Below are positions 39,923 to 51,612 of a stretch of DNA of 64,000 bases, one piece after another (position 1 is the stretch's first letter; each line of letters starts with the position of its first letter). Location: contig OZ336885.1 in the NCBI GenBank assembly GCA_965287045.1, positions 63,550,001-63,614,000 of the forward strand, read 5' to 3'. The position numbers and the translations under genes are program-made. Origin of the DNA: Carcharhinus amblyrhynchos. Its lineage: Eukaryota. The notes beneath the pieces were generated by a model, which was not told the DNA's origin, did no database searches, and saw only the letters and a program-made list of their open reading frames with translations.

Positions 39923-42522
39923 CTAATGATCTATGCTTATACTAACTGTGGTGAATGCGGAACTCTGCAACATTTATTAACGGTTCCTGATTAAGCAATA
40001 TGTTCTAGCATTCTCAAAGACGTATATCATCACTTTGCTCATAATCACCAATTTACTCGTGTGATGGTATTTATTCCGGATCAATTTCGCAGACATTCTC
40101 ACCGCAGAGATCCACAGTTCTTTTTGCCAGCCTTAGCTCGTGGACGACGTTGATTAAAATGAACTTCAGCAGCGTAGAAAAGGCTGGCCTTATGAACAGT
40201 GCACCAAAAAGGATAATCAATATCGATGATAGATTCTGCAGTATTCCATTATTTCAGCAGTTCCTTGTAAAAAAAAAACACCTCTGTGAAAACAGATATC
40301 TCTGTTGTACGTGTACAACTTTGGCGGTCTAAGGAAGAGACAAATAATAATACAAAACAGGACACGTTCTTCTGACACACAAAACCTGCACCGACGCATG
40401 ATGTCTTTTTATTTTAGCGACGTTCAGATATTTCTGGAAACTTCTATATTTGGGTTTTCTAATTGATTAGCAATCAATACTGGATGCAATAGGGGAGCAA
40501 CACTTAAATCTGAACTGCTGAATTTAGATTTACACTTCACACTAATACCAGTTTTGTCTGGTGATTGACAAGCTTCAAGTTATTGGCAGTATTTCCAACA
40601 ATTTGAAAGCCCATTGTAAGCCACATTGACGCAGCTCCTGGCATGCACTTCAAAACACTCCTTTAAAACAGGTCGGATACCAAGGCTTGTTTGTATGGCA
40701 TAGCGAAGAATGTGTCATTACAGAAGATTGCATATTGTGGTTGTTTAATATGCTACTGCTCATCGTGGCCAGCAGGGACTTATGGTTCGCTAGTTTTAAA
40801 TTACGCAAATGTTTCCACATCTATCCGATTGATTGAGTTTCCAGACGACAACTTGAATGATATAATCGATGCATACAGTTGAATAGGCAAGAGGTGTACG
40901 GATAGAAACCGGTTAGTAAAAGAAAATGTTTCAAAAGGCTCCAACTGTTGGTGCAGCCCCGTTTGCAGAAGATCGTTCCCCTGTACTGTAATGTTGTTTA
41001 TGTTTTTAAACTATCTTCCTATACAGTTTTGCATAGTAATCGTGTCGAGTAAGACTGTAATTCTCACACTCATTTTCTCTAGGGTGTTTGGTGATGCCAA
41101 ATTAAATAACTTTTGTTTTTCGGCGTTAGACCCAAATTCTTTGTCAATTCTGCTAACTCTATACATTATTATTGTGTTGCTTTTCATTAACCATGTCCAT
41201 GAGGATCGTGCACAGCCATTACATAATGTGCATTTCCTCTGCATGGTGTGGCTTCATAACACTTGATGGATCTGATATTTGTCCTTCGAGGGACGAGGCA
41301 ATTTTAATAAGTGTCATCGAGTTGTGACGCTACATTTGGTATACAAAGGACACACACTGTTTTTTTTTTATTTTGGATAGGTGCGGCATGGACTAGGAAG
41401 CTGGACCCAAATGTCCAAATGTTCCAATGTTGCGTCATGTGGTTGAAAAGTAAAGACGCATTCGGTTCATTGAAAAAAAATTGTTCTGGGTGCACTAAAA
41501 GGAGAAAAAAAGTAATTGTTCAAGGTATAACAACATTCTCAACAAAAATATTTTGGGAATAACATTTCTTTCCAAAAAACTATGGCCAATCCCGTCAAAC
41601 AGCGAGCTGGATGTCTCTGAATTGCGTCCAAATTGCTGTAATAATTCTATCACCTATTCTAATGCTCAATGGAATGTTTTAATGAGCCAAACATGGAAGA
41701 TATTCCCCCTCAAAAAAAAACCTGCAAACATGCTTATTTTGCCATCAACACTTACATTGTAAAGTTCAATGTCAAACATTAAAAATGTAACAGATGTGCT
41801 CCATATATCCTCCTACTCGTTCATACAAAAAGTAACTTTTCACTCTTTTTTTCCCGGTTCCATTCATAAAAAAAGATCCAAGTTTAAACTTAACACACTC
41901 GGGGCATTCTTAGCCGAAGTTTAAACGACTAGTATGTCAATCTGCTTTTATATATTCAGAAGATGGCGCACGTGGAATGGAAATACTGAAATGGCAATGC
42001 CTGTTCTCATTAGAAACCCTCAATCATATTTCTGTTTTTTTTTGGCAAAATGAGGGACCGAAATTATGTTAATATATACTTGTGAGAAGCTATTGTGATT
42101 ACAGCAGAATTTTCAGAATCAACTATGTTTGATATATCTCGGAACTGAGAGCATGTTGGATGTCTTGTAAATTTAATACGACCTAAATCCTGGACAACAG
42201 TCCCTAAAGCACCGCCTGGAGTACAAAGTTTCAAAAAGGTAGCTGAGGCACACGTCTCCATCCATACTAATGGGTATGAAGTTTATTGTGAGTGAGATAG
42301 GAACCCTCAGATCCTAATCACTAATAATAACGAGAACTCGACCATGTATAATAACCTGAAGTGAGACGCATAAATGGCAACTGAGGAAACAATTCAGCAT
42401 TTGTATGACCATCACAATCACAGGTATAGCAGTAGATTTCAAAAGTGATCACAAAGCCCCTTCCTTCAAAAATGCTGACTAGCATTTAAAACAGACCTAT
42501 ATAAAGCCGGTTGTACGTTTAC

Positions 42523-42549
42523 CTTTTTCTTTTGCTAGCAACTTGCTTG
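42523..42549 (-). CDS. micro-exon 14, 27 nt, phase 1-1, (A)SKLLAKEK
   Basis: gttctctttatcattcgcag|caagcaagttgctagcaaaagaaaaag|gtaaac; paralog of 55629-55655 (TSLLLPKEK). Confidence 0.88.
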
Positions 42550-43988
42550 CTGCGAATGATAAAGAGAACAATTCCAGGTTTGTACTGGGAAACAACTGCG
42601 CTCATACTTGCAAGAATCTACACATTCTGTGAAAGCAAAGGCCGATCCGCGGAAGGGAACGATCAAGTGTATTTTTTTTTAATTTTAAATATTTTGTAAC
42701 GCAACGTGATGTTAGTTGAATTATAAAAGCAGAAGACATCAATATGCACTGTGATGTGACAACATAATGCATTCTCGTTTAACCAGCTGATCAAAGATGA
42801 AGAACCTAAAATAAGTAAGCATTTGCAAGTCTCCACGTAAGCTGGAAATGCTAGATCGAGTTCGATATACTCCCATACTTTAATGATGTTGGAAAACTCA
42901 GATAGATAGTGCCTGATGTTTCATCCTCACCTCACATTGTTTTTTTTTGGCCTGGAATTTTTACCACATTTGAATTGCCATTTCAATGAAGAGAAGGCTG
43001 ATCCGCCAAGCCAGAATTTCAATGATCACATATCATGCAAACTCCCTCCAAAATAATTCATTTGTTTCAATTTTTGCAAATAACTATTTTAAATGTAACA
43101 AAATGCATAGCAGAGTATGGCACTCGGAGGAAGTAATGATTAAATGCAACGTTTCCTCTTTTTTTCAGCCTGTATCACTCTGAAAATTGATTTGTTTTTT
43201 TCGCTAGTGTATTCCAAGAGTGAAATACGGACGTCTTCCACGTGTTTGCTTTGAGAAGTTCAATTTTCTCTCTAACTTATTCGACCGAACAGTTACTCAT
43301 CCTGATAGGTGCATTTATTTTAATTAATTTGCGTGTTAAATATTTTGAAGTGGACATGTCCACTTTGAATCTTAGCGTACAGTTGAAAAGATTAACAACA
43401 CATATGACATTGCTACCTCTGCAGAACAAACTATCCAATTATTTTGACTTCACTTCCCTTTTTAGATGAACAATTTCCCTGTCACTTTTTTTTTGTTTTC
43501 AGTTGCCTTTGTTTTACGGATTGTTGGTTGTTGGAATCACAATATCATTCCGGGCATTCATGCTCAGCTGTTCGGCTGAATGTGTTGCCTCTCCCGCAGA
43601 AGGTGATTAACATTGCTATATATAATTCTAATCAATAAATCAACATGGACCCACAACACTCAGGATTCTCGTTTCGTTCATGATAGGAGAAGATTCCAAC
43701 TCTATTGCAAAACCTTCAGTGGTCTGAACTTTGAACAGATTGCTGCTGATGGGACTCTCACGAATAAATGTGTTTTCTTTCTGATATAATTGTTTTTTTT
43801 TTGGTCAGCTATTTGTCAATGTTATGCCTCTTCCCAGTTGTGTTTTTATTATTTGTTATTGATACTTGTTATGTAAAAGAAAATCACTGATTTGAACGTT
43901 TGACAATCTCTAATGATGTATCACACCCGCTGTGTGCCTCACTGTAGAATAGTAAAATGGTGCAAAACGGCAATTGCAACGAAGGGTG

Positions 43989-44539
43989 ACATAAGAACAT
44001 AAGAGCATAAGAAATAGGAGCAGGAGTAGGCCATCCAGCCCTTCGAGCCTGCCCCGCCATTCAATAAGATCATGGCTGATCTGTCTCTGATCTCCCCATA
44101 ACCCTTAATCCCCTCTCCTATCAAAAATCCATCAACCCGCGTCTTAAAAATATTTAGCGAGGAAGCCTCCACCACTTCAACGGGCAGAAAATTCCAAAGA
44201 TTCACCACCCTTTGAGTGAAGAAGTTCCTCCTCAACTCCGTTCTAAACCGCCCCCCCTTTTATCTTGAGGCTGTGCCCCCTAGTCCTATTGTCTTTTTTG
44301 AGCGGGAAGAGTCTTTCCACCTCTATCCTATCCATCCCATTCATCATCTTATACGTCTCAATGAGATCTCCCCTCATTCTTCTAAACTCTAACGAGTACA
44401 AGCCCAGTTTATTCAGCCTCTCCTCATAGCTCAACCCCCTCAACTCCGGTATCAGCCTAGTAAACCTCCTCTGCACTCGTTCCAAGGCCAAAATACCTTT
44501 GCGCAGGTGCGGCGCCCAAAAATGCACACAGTACTCCAG
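43989..44539 (-). mobile_element. young CR1 LINE, 5'-truncated (copy 4)
   Basis: LEYCVHFWAPHLRK...RRNFFTQRVVNLWN; small deletion in the 3' UTR; tail. Confidence 0.96.
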
Positions 44540-45995
44540 TTCTTCCAATCCGGAAGTTTTCACTGAATGAATCAAACAGCACATGTTTTGATTTGGATTC
44601 GTAGAAAATGTGAGTTGAATTGATTTCAATTTACTGGTATTTAATTTGTGAATGGAGATGAGCAGTTTGTGTTCAATTTGTGATCTTATCCAGGCAAACA
44701 CGTGTGTTTGCCATTTTATCAACTATATCCGAATTCATGTTCGTTAACTTTCGAATCTTGAGCAACATCTTCCCCTTTTGTCTCTCATTATTCATTGTAA
44801 TTTTCCATACGCTTACGATCATTAAGCGAAACAAAATAAGTGCTTTCCATCAAATGTGAATGCTCACATTTGTTCTTGCAATTAATTAATATGCTTAGTT
44901 ACACTTAATTAATTTGTGCACGTTACATTGTCACACTGAATCGGGATGTGAAATTGATGGGCAATTAACCTTCTTGTACATGTCATCTATTGGCTTCTGC
45001 TTGCCGACAACACAAGAGTCCAGAAATTGCTTAAGCCACAGGGTAACGATTTTTTTTTCTCTAATCCAGAGGTTATTAGAGATACAGCTTTGAAATTTTC
45101 AGGGGCATCATTTGAGTCTTTGTTTAATTCAAAAAATAAAGAATAATTCGTGCACCATCAGGTTTTATGATGCAGAAGATCAGCAACGGAAGTACTTAAT
45201 GAAGATGAGGACGCAACGGGGGGTGACTACTTTATTTTTGTTGTTTATGCTGTTTGCTCGGTAACACTAACGACTCAGAGACCAGAACTGCAATCGAAGT
45301 AGAGTAGGGGAGGTATCCAAACAAAAAAAAACATTCGATATTTTGTAATTGTGGTGTGCGAGCAACGCTCTTTGTGGAAGCAGTCGCATGTTCTGAAATT
45401 TTCAGCCCATCCCTGATATCCATTTAGAAATAAGGAAATCGTTATGGCATGACCTTACTTATATCACATTCGAGGCCAGCAGAAGATTGCGTAATAATCA
45501 CTTGCTTGCCCTGGGGCATGGCGAACTAATGTGCGAAACATTTGTTCCACCCCTTCAAGTGGCTATTTTGAGTTGAGTTAATGGACTTGCTTAGTTTATT
45601 TTCCCCAAAAATTCGGATTTAAGTGATTGAACGTCCAATGTGATGGTGTGTATTATGATCAGAAAGCAAATATTTTTTTTCCCTGCAAGTGGCTCAGTTT
45701 ATAGCTAAAACAAATTACTTTCATTGTCTATGAGACCACCCTCTCTTAATTACGAATAATGCAGTAGCATGAAGCATAAGTCGTCACTTCCGCTCCACAT
45801 ATTCCCAAGACCTGGGACAAACATGCATTATGTTTGGGAATTTGAATATAATTCAGTCGCATTTTTGAATCTGCAACATAGATTTAGCTCTAAGTAATAT
45901 ATATTCGCTGCTGTTGTTGGCGGAAAGCTTTTCATAAATTGTTATGATAAAGCAAAAGTTAGATTAGACACTTTTTTTAATGGAAATGTCCTTAC

Positions 45996-46022
45996 CTGTG
46001 TTTTCAAGCAAATCTTCGATTT
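45996..46022 (-). CDS. micro-exon 13, 27 nt, phase 1-1, (K)IEDLLENT
   Basis: ttttattattttgaag|aaatcgaagatttgcttgaaaacacag|gtaagg; paralog of 60013-60039. Confidence 0.85.
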
Positions 46023-46396
46023 CTTCAAAATAATAAAAAAAATGCAAAATGCAGAAAAGTTTAGGGTGACACTAAAGTAAGACTGCACGTGCATTTAGCT
46101 GTTCATAGTGAATAAATAGGATGCACGGTAGAAAATTTACTTATAGTTATCAATTTCATCCCCTGCTCCACTGTGCCATTAATAAACAATTATATTTGAT
46201 TAAGTGGAATTGGATATTTGGTTAGTTACAAACTGATTCTGGTAAGACTAAGTTGTGATTCTATGGAATAGTTCAGTACAATAAAAGCATGGCTCAATGT
46301 TTCCCGCATCTTTAACAGTGTTGGTTATCCACATGAGTTGAAGGCAAATTAAATGCACAAAATATGTGCGATAAAATGTCGTTGTTATTTACTCAC

Positions 46397-46423
46397 TTTC
46401 ACATGCACGCTGACTTTCCTCAT
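46397..46423 (-). CDS. micro-exon 12, 27 nt, phase 1-1, (D)EESQRACE
   Basis: ttgtattctcag|atgaggaaagtcagcgtgcatgtgaaa|gtgagt. Confidence 0.78.
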
Positions 46424-46861
46424 CTGAGAATACAATTCCGTTAACAAAAATGTATCGGTTTAACAATCTGCGTTTTACAGTAAGAATTTGTTTCCCAACT
46501 TTAACTACTAAGATAACGCAAATAATTTGATTTTTTCCCCTTAATCATACAGAATGACGTGGCAAACTAAAATTCCAGGTAAAAAGGGGGGGGGGGGGGC
46601 TTCAATTCTATAGCTACAGTAACGTAGACTAGCGGCCATTTTCAGGAACAGTTAAACTGCCACAATTCGATCAGACCATTGGAGATGACCCTTTTCAATT
46701 TCATCAGGTCTCATCACTGCAAGGACATATTCTCGAACCTCCACACCCAAATAAAATGCCCCTTGGAGGAAAAAAAAACTCGGAAAATGTTAATATTCAG
46801 ATGTGCAAGCTTCAATGGCTCTTAACGATAGAGATTCTTCGATTAGACATCCAACACAGTG

Positions 46862-47196
46862 GGTGAATAGTAGCACAGTGGTTAGCACTGTTGCTACACA
46901 GCTCCAGGGTCCTGGGTTGGAATCCCGGTTCGGGTCATTGCCTGTATTTAGTTTGTACATTCTCCTCGTGTCTGCGTGGGTTTCCTCTGGGTACTCCATT
47001 TTTCTCCCACAGTCCAAAGGTGCGCGGGTTAGGTTGATTGGCCATGCTAAGAAATTGCCCCTTACTGTCCAGCGTAGCGTAGGTTAGAGGGATTAATGGG
47101 CGTAATATGCAGGGGTATTCGGGTCGGGCCTGGTGCGATTGTGCTCTGTGCAGACTCGAACGGCCCCCTTCTGCACTGTAGGGTTCTAGGATTCTA
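46862..47196 (+). mobile_element. HE1 SINE (V-SINE superfamily), near full length
   Basis: agcacagtggttagcactg head, V domain, aggttagagggatt, tail ctgcactgtagggttctaggattcta. Confidence 0.92.
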
Positions 47197-48777
47197 CATG
47201 TAAGACATTTCTGACAGATATTATCCGTGAATGCAGTTCGCCTACAATTGTTTTGGTTTTATTTGATTTGCTGGGTCTGAGCTTCCAGAGTCTGCTGAAT
47301 GGGTGTTACAAACATCTAAAGAAAATGCAATAACCTGTTTTTTTTTCCCCTCTGTCATGTTGATGAGATTGCTGATGTTAACATTCCACTGGAAACCTAA
47401 GTTCATTTAAACTAGAAGTTTGTTGATGACATAAAAAATAAAATGACAAAATGTTTAAAGAATTATTATTTTTGTTAAGAATTTTTGTCCTTGCCTTTAT
47501 CTTTCAAATTGTTTTTCAGCTTTGAAATTTCTGGACAGGATATATATTGTTTGTGTTGTTATTTTGATAGTCAACTTCAATCGTAAATGATTTTTGTCCA
47601 TGCTTGGACTGAGGTAAAATATATAACTTGAAAGCATGCAAGGACCTGAGATGACAGGGAAGGAGAGATTGTTCAAATGATGCATGCGACGATCATTGTA
47701 AGACGATGGGAGAAACAGAAATAAAATAATATTATTCTGTGGATTTTCTCTTGCCAGAGACTTGTTCTAATTTGATCAATTTAGTTCACATTCGAACTTG
47801 TTTGGCTAGAAGGATTTTGGCGGGGAAGTTAAATGCTATCTTGATAATAAAATTTTGTATGAATTCAACAACGTCAATACAAGATAACATACCAGGTCAA
47901 GGTTACACGTGCTACCGATTAAAATGTTCCACTAAACCACCAAATGTTGAGGGCAGGTAAATATTTCGTGCAGCACTGTCGCCTTAGTTGAATTAGCTAA
48001 CTTGAAATTGTCCCTGAAACAAATGCCCAAAAAGATATAATTCACATATAGCGCAATCATTGATTATCAATTCATCATGCACGCCCGCCCCCCCCCCCCC
48101 CCCCCCCCGCCCCAAAGAAAACTAGAAATCAAATATGCTTGCATTTGTTTGCCACATGCCAAAAGCAAGAATTTAGGAGGACACGTTTGCACTTCAACTG
48201 TTGTATTACCGCCCCCGAACACCGCCCCCCACCCCCGAAACGTAAATCACAACATACTGCCAAATGAGCTGTACATTGGGAGCAGTTAACAAAACGCTTT
48301 TAGAAAATGAGCCAAGCTACCAATTGTAAAAAGTGAGTGTTGTTTCCATCGTCACTCAAAAATTAAACCGTTTGAGTTACTAATCGGATTCATAAAACCT
48401 ACCAGGGCATAACTTCCTAGAAGCCGTTGACACTCAGTCCAGTGACGCAGAATCCTCAGTTAAACGATTAGTGATGCACATCTGAGGCACTTGTCCTTTC
48501 ATTTTTCATTTCTCCTGAAATCTGAGTTATACTAATGGCTTCGATTTATATTCTTCCAATGCAAAATTCCTTCACTGCTGTGTGAATAACTTCAGTGACG
48601 CTTATGCGTGTTCAAATTCTAGCAATATTTAAGTATGAATTGGAATCAACAGACTGTATCGTTGAAAGTATAAAAAAAAACTACATCTGATCAATATGTG
48701 ACAAAATATAGTGATCTTGCAAGAAAGCTTTCTAAATCTCTTTTTTTTATAAGATATGTTTCAAACAAATTCCTTAC

Positions 48778-48804
48778 CATCTTGTGCATCAAGCAACCTT
48801 TCAT
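48778..48804 (-). CDS. micro-exon 11, 27 nt, phase 1-1, (D)ERLLDAQD
   Basis: catcttcattcgag|atgaaaggttgcttgatgcacaagatg|gtaagg; strong donor, rare GAG acceptor. Confidence 0.6.
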
Positions 48805-49443
48805 CTCGAATGAAGATGTAATGACATATTATGATTTTGTTTTCGATGTGGAATTGCTTTCCTATAAATAGTATTCAATACCTGACGTATGTTTCCATTT
48901 AGAAAAAAATATGTTCAAGCGCCAATTTACAAATCACTTATCAAAACAGGAAGAAAATAACATTCATGTGATTCTTCCGGACCTCAGCATTATATCAATC
49001 TTTTGTTTATATTTAGGAAACGCCTTCCAGAAGCTTGAAACTGCTATATTTTAGGAAAAACCGCGGCACCTCTACTGGGGCAAAATACATCATAATTATG
49101 ATTGAGAACATGAAATGCCACAATCCCTCATTCCCATTTCGATAGATGAATGCACTGTCCAAAATGCAGTTTGCTTCTCGTGTCATAACAACGTCATGGC
49201 ATTTTTTTTGCTATCAGAGCCACATTCATCCACTCTAACATACAGAGTATTTGCGAGATTTTTTTTTTTCAGTTAATTATTCGCTCTTCTCTCTTGTTCG
49301 TCGTTCACCTATTGGGGGTTGGAAGAGTAAGGGCTCTTTTGATTGAACATTTTGATCTAATCACTTATTCACTCACTTCAAATGTTTAAGTTAACCTGAA
49401 AGGAAAGTGCACCAAGAATGGTCAATTTGAAAAAAAAACGTAC

Positions 49444-49470
49444 CATCGGTTTGGCATCTTTTGCTCAGTG
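49444..49470 (-). CDS. micro-exon 10, 27 nt, phase 1-1, (A)LSKRCQTD
   Basis: cgcatctttgcag|cactgagcaaaagatgccaaaccgatg|gtacgt. Confidence 0.75.
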
Positions 49471-50159
49471 CTGCAAAGATGCGATATACACAATCTATCA
49501 GTTGGAATGAGAATCAAATGGCAACCGTAAAATCATAGACATGTTTATAAAAAGACAGAAGTAGACAATTTTTCCAACTGCGTGATTTTCCAATTGCAAT
49601 GCTAATGCAGGCAATGACATACATCGCATTTCTTATACGCGCAACATGCATTATTCATATTCTTATGACTATCAAGGGCACTTTCCAGAAGGCTTGCTTA
49701 GATCTGACTTCAATGACGCCGGTGGCCATACATTCCATTTCCTAACACTATAATGTATTTAAATCGATTGTTTTCTGTTACAAATTGTATAGGCACTCCA
49801 TCAATTCGCCTGAGCATCAGCAGTTTTCTACCAACGGCACGTTTGGAAGAGTAGAGTCTGATTTTTCCTCCTTACAGTATTGGTCAGAGGCATTTTGTTG
49901 GAAAAATATATATTTTCATCACACGTTGCAAGTTGTTCTGATCATCAATTACTGTCAAAACAGGTAGATTTGTTTCATGTTCAAATTGTTGCCGAATTTG
50001 GCTAATCAGCCAATGATATTCAAAATGATATAACTTTCCACATAAATTATGTAAATTCATTTTGATCATCAATGTTAAAATGTCAAGGTGAGACTTCAAT
50101 CAAAACAGGTGACCAATTGCTGAACAGGAAACTGAACTTATTATTCGAAACAAAATCAC

Positions 50160-50186
50160 CTTTCAAACACCGATTCAACTTATCAT
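50160..50186 (-). CDS. micro-exon 9, 27 nt, phase 1-1, (D)DKLNRCLK
   Basis: ttatatttgcag|atgataagttgaatcggtgtttgaaag|gtgatt; paralog of 4628-4654. Confidence 0.8.
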
Positions 50187-51001
50187 CTGCAAATATAATT
50201 AATGCATATTTAGCAGCTTTGACAATAGTTGCATCTTTGGCATATGGTGAGCTAACAATAGACAGATAATCTTCAAATTGCAGAACAAGTAAGCAGCGAA
50301 ACGAAAGGGATTGTCTAGTGCACAGTTAATATTTCGCCTCCATTGTCAGTTATTTCCACAGCATTTTCTGAATAGCGCACTCATTATCAGACATTTTGCA
50401 ACCACCATATAAAGCGTTACACCTCACTGGCAGAAGGCGATGCCTAGCATCCCAGGAACCATTTGAACTTTTGTGCAAATCCAAATTTAGATGATGTTAT
50501 TCTATTTTCTTTTCCTCTGACATTTTATCAGCTTTAATGAACGACACACTTGTTGTAATATATCAGCAGAGGCAATGCGCAATGCTTACAATTTACAGAA
50601 GTCAAGTATGATATTAGTTTCAGGAGAATATACACATGAGCCAGAACGTAATGTAAAGATCTTCTGCACTCTTGTTAATATGTTTAAAACTGTCATCGAA
50701 TCCGGAATTACTGGAGAGAAATGACATTGGAAGCATTTATATAGAGACGCGCAACCAACAGAATTGCCAGAGCAATGTGCGGGTAATTTAATAGCCAAAT
50801 CTCGGAAAGAAGAATTCGAATAACAGAATCGTTTCCAGACCTCCAGAATAACCAACACCATGACACATGTCTCCAAGTAAGGTGTATTTTTTTTTAATAT
50901 AATTGCAGGTTACTGTGAGTAATTCAAATAAACTCGTATTCCCTAAAATATAGGTCTGTACATTGCAGTAACCACTTGGGCGCTGCTTTAAGACATTTAA
51001 C

Positions 51002-51028
51002 CTCGTTTCTTTATTTTTGTTGTTGTTT
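51002..51028 (-). CDS. weak candidate micro-exon 8, 27 nt (39 nt if the upstream AG is used, extending to 51040), (E)TTTKIKKR
   Basis: right length, phase and slot to pair with EIKTRVAEH, but poor acceptor (aaaatcag) and donor (gag|gttaaa). Confidence 0.3.
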
Positions 51029-51241
51029 CTGATTTTGATTCTGCATCATAAGCGGACACATCTGAACTAATTCTCTGAACTAAACATATTTTCTTCTGAA
51101 TGTTTTTGTTTATTTTGACGAACCTAACAACCGCATCTTGCGCAATTAAAATGTCCAACAAGCCTCGAAGTCTCCAATCAAACTAAATGTTACTTATGCA
51201 TGAAAGCACAGTCGTGAATCATTTCTGAAATTCGTGTTTTG

Positions 51242-51285
51242 TAGAATATAGAACACTACAGCACAAACAGGCCCTTCGGCCCATA
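51242..51285 (-). mobile_element. isolated CR1 3'-tail fragment
   Basis: tagaatatagaacactacagcacaaacaggcccttcggccca. Confidence 0.75.
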
Positions 51286-51576
51286 ACTGGCGCCGTTTCG
51301 TCATCCCGTCATTCAGAGTCGGTTGAATCATTACTCCGTGTTATCCAGGTAATTTCTGTTCGTATTTACTTTCAAAAAAAAACAAAACAAAAAGACTGTG
51401 GCTCCAGTTCAGCAGCACTTTTATTTTGAATTTCATTCTGAGGAAGTGTAATGCTGGCCGCTGTCATACGCTCTGTAGGCCAACAACATACTTTTCTGGT
51501 AATTTGCCGAAACATAAATGTTATATGTTATGGTCTCGCTTCGAAATACATGGCACAGAATGCCCTTATTGTTCAC

Positions 51577-51612
51577 CTGTTTCCTTGAGAATATTTTTCG
51601 TGTCGTTTAGCT
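51577..51612 (-). CDS. micro-exon 7, 36 nt, phase 1-1, (E)LNDTKNILKET
   Basis: cttttatttctgtattcag|agctaaacgacacgaaaaatattctcaaggaaacag|gtgaac. Confidence 0.8.

Noticed and set aside
44851-44920. Short palindromes (caaatgtga/tcacatttg; ttaattaa pair)
   Set aside because: Short AT-rich stems are expected by chance in 64 kb.
49377-49395. Minus-strand 19-nt segment with strong splice sites
   Set aside because: Stops in all three frames; shows that chance splice-site pairs do occur here.
50909-50914. + strand 6-nt micro-exon-like segment
   Set aside because: No supporting + strand gene; expected by chance.
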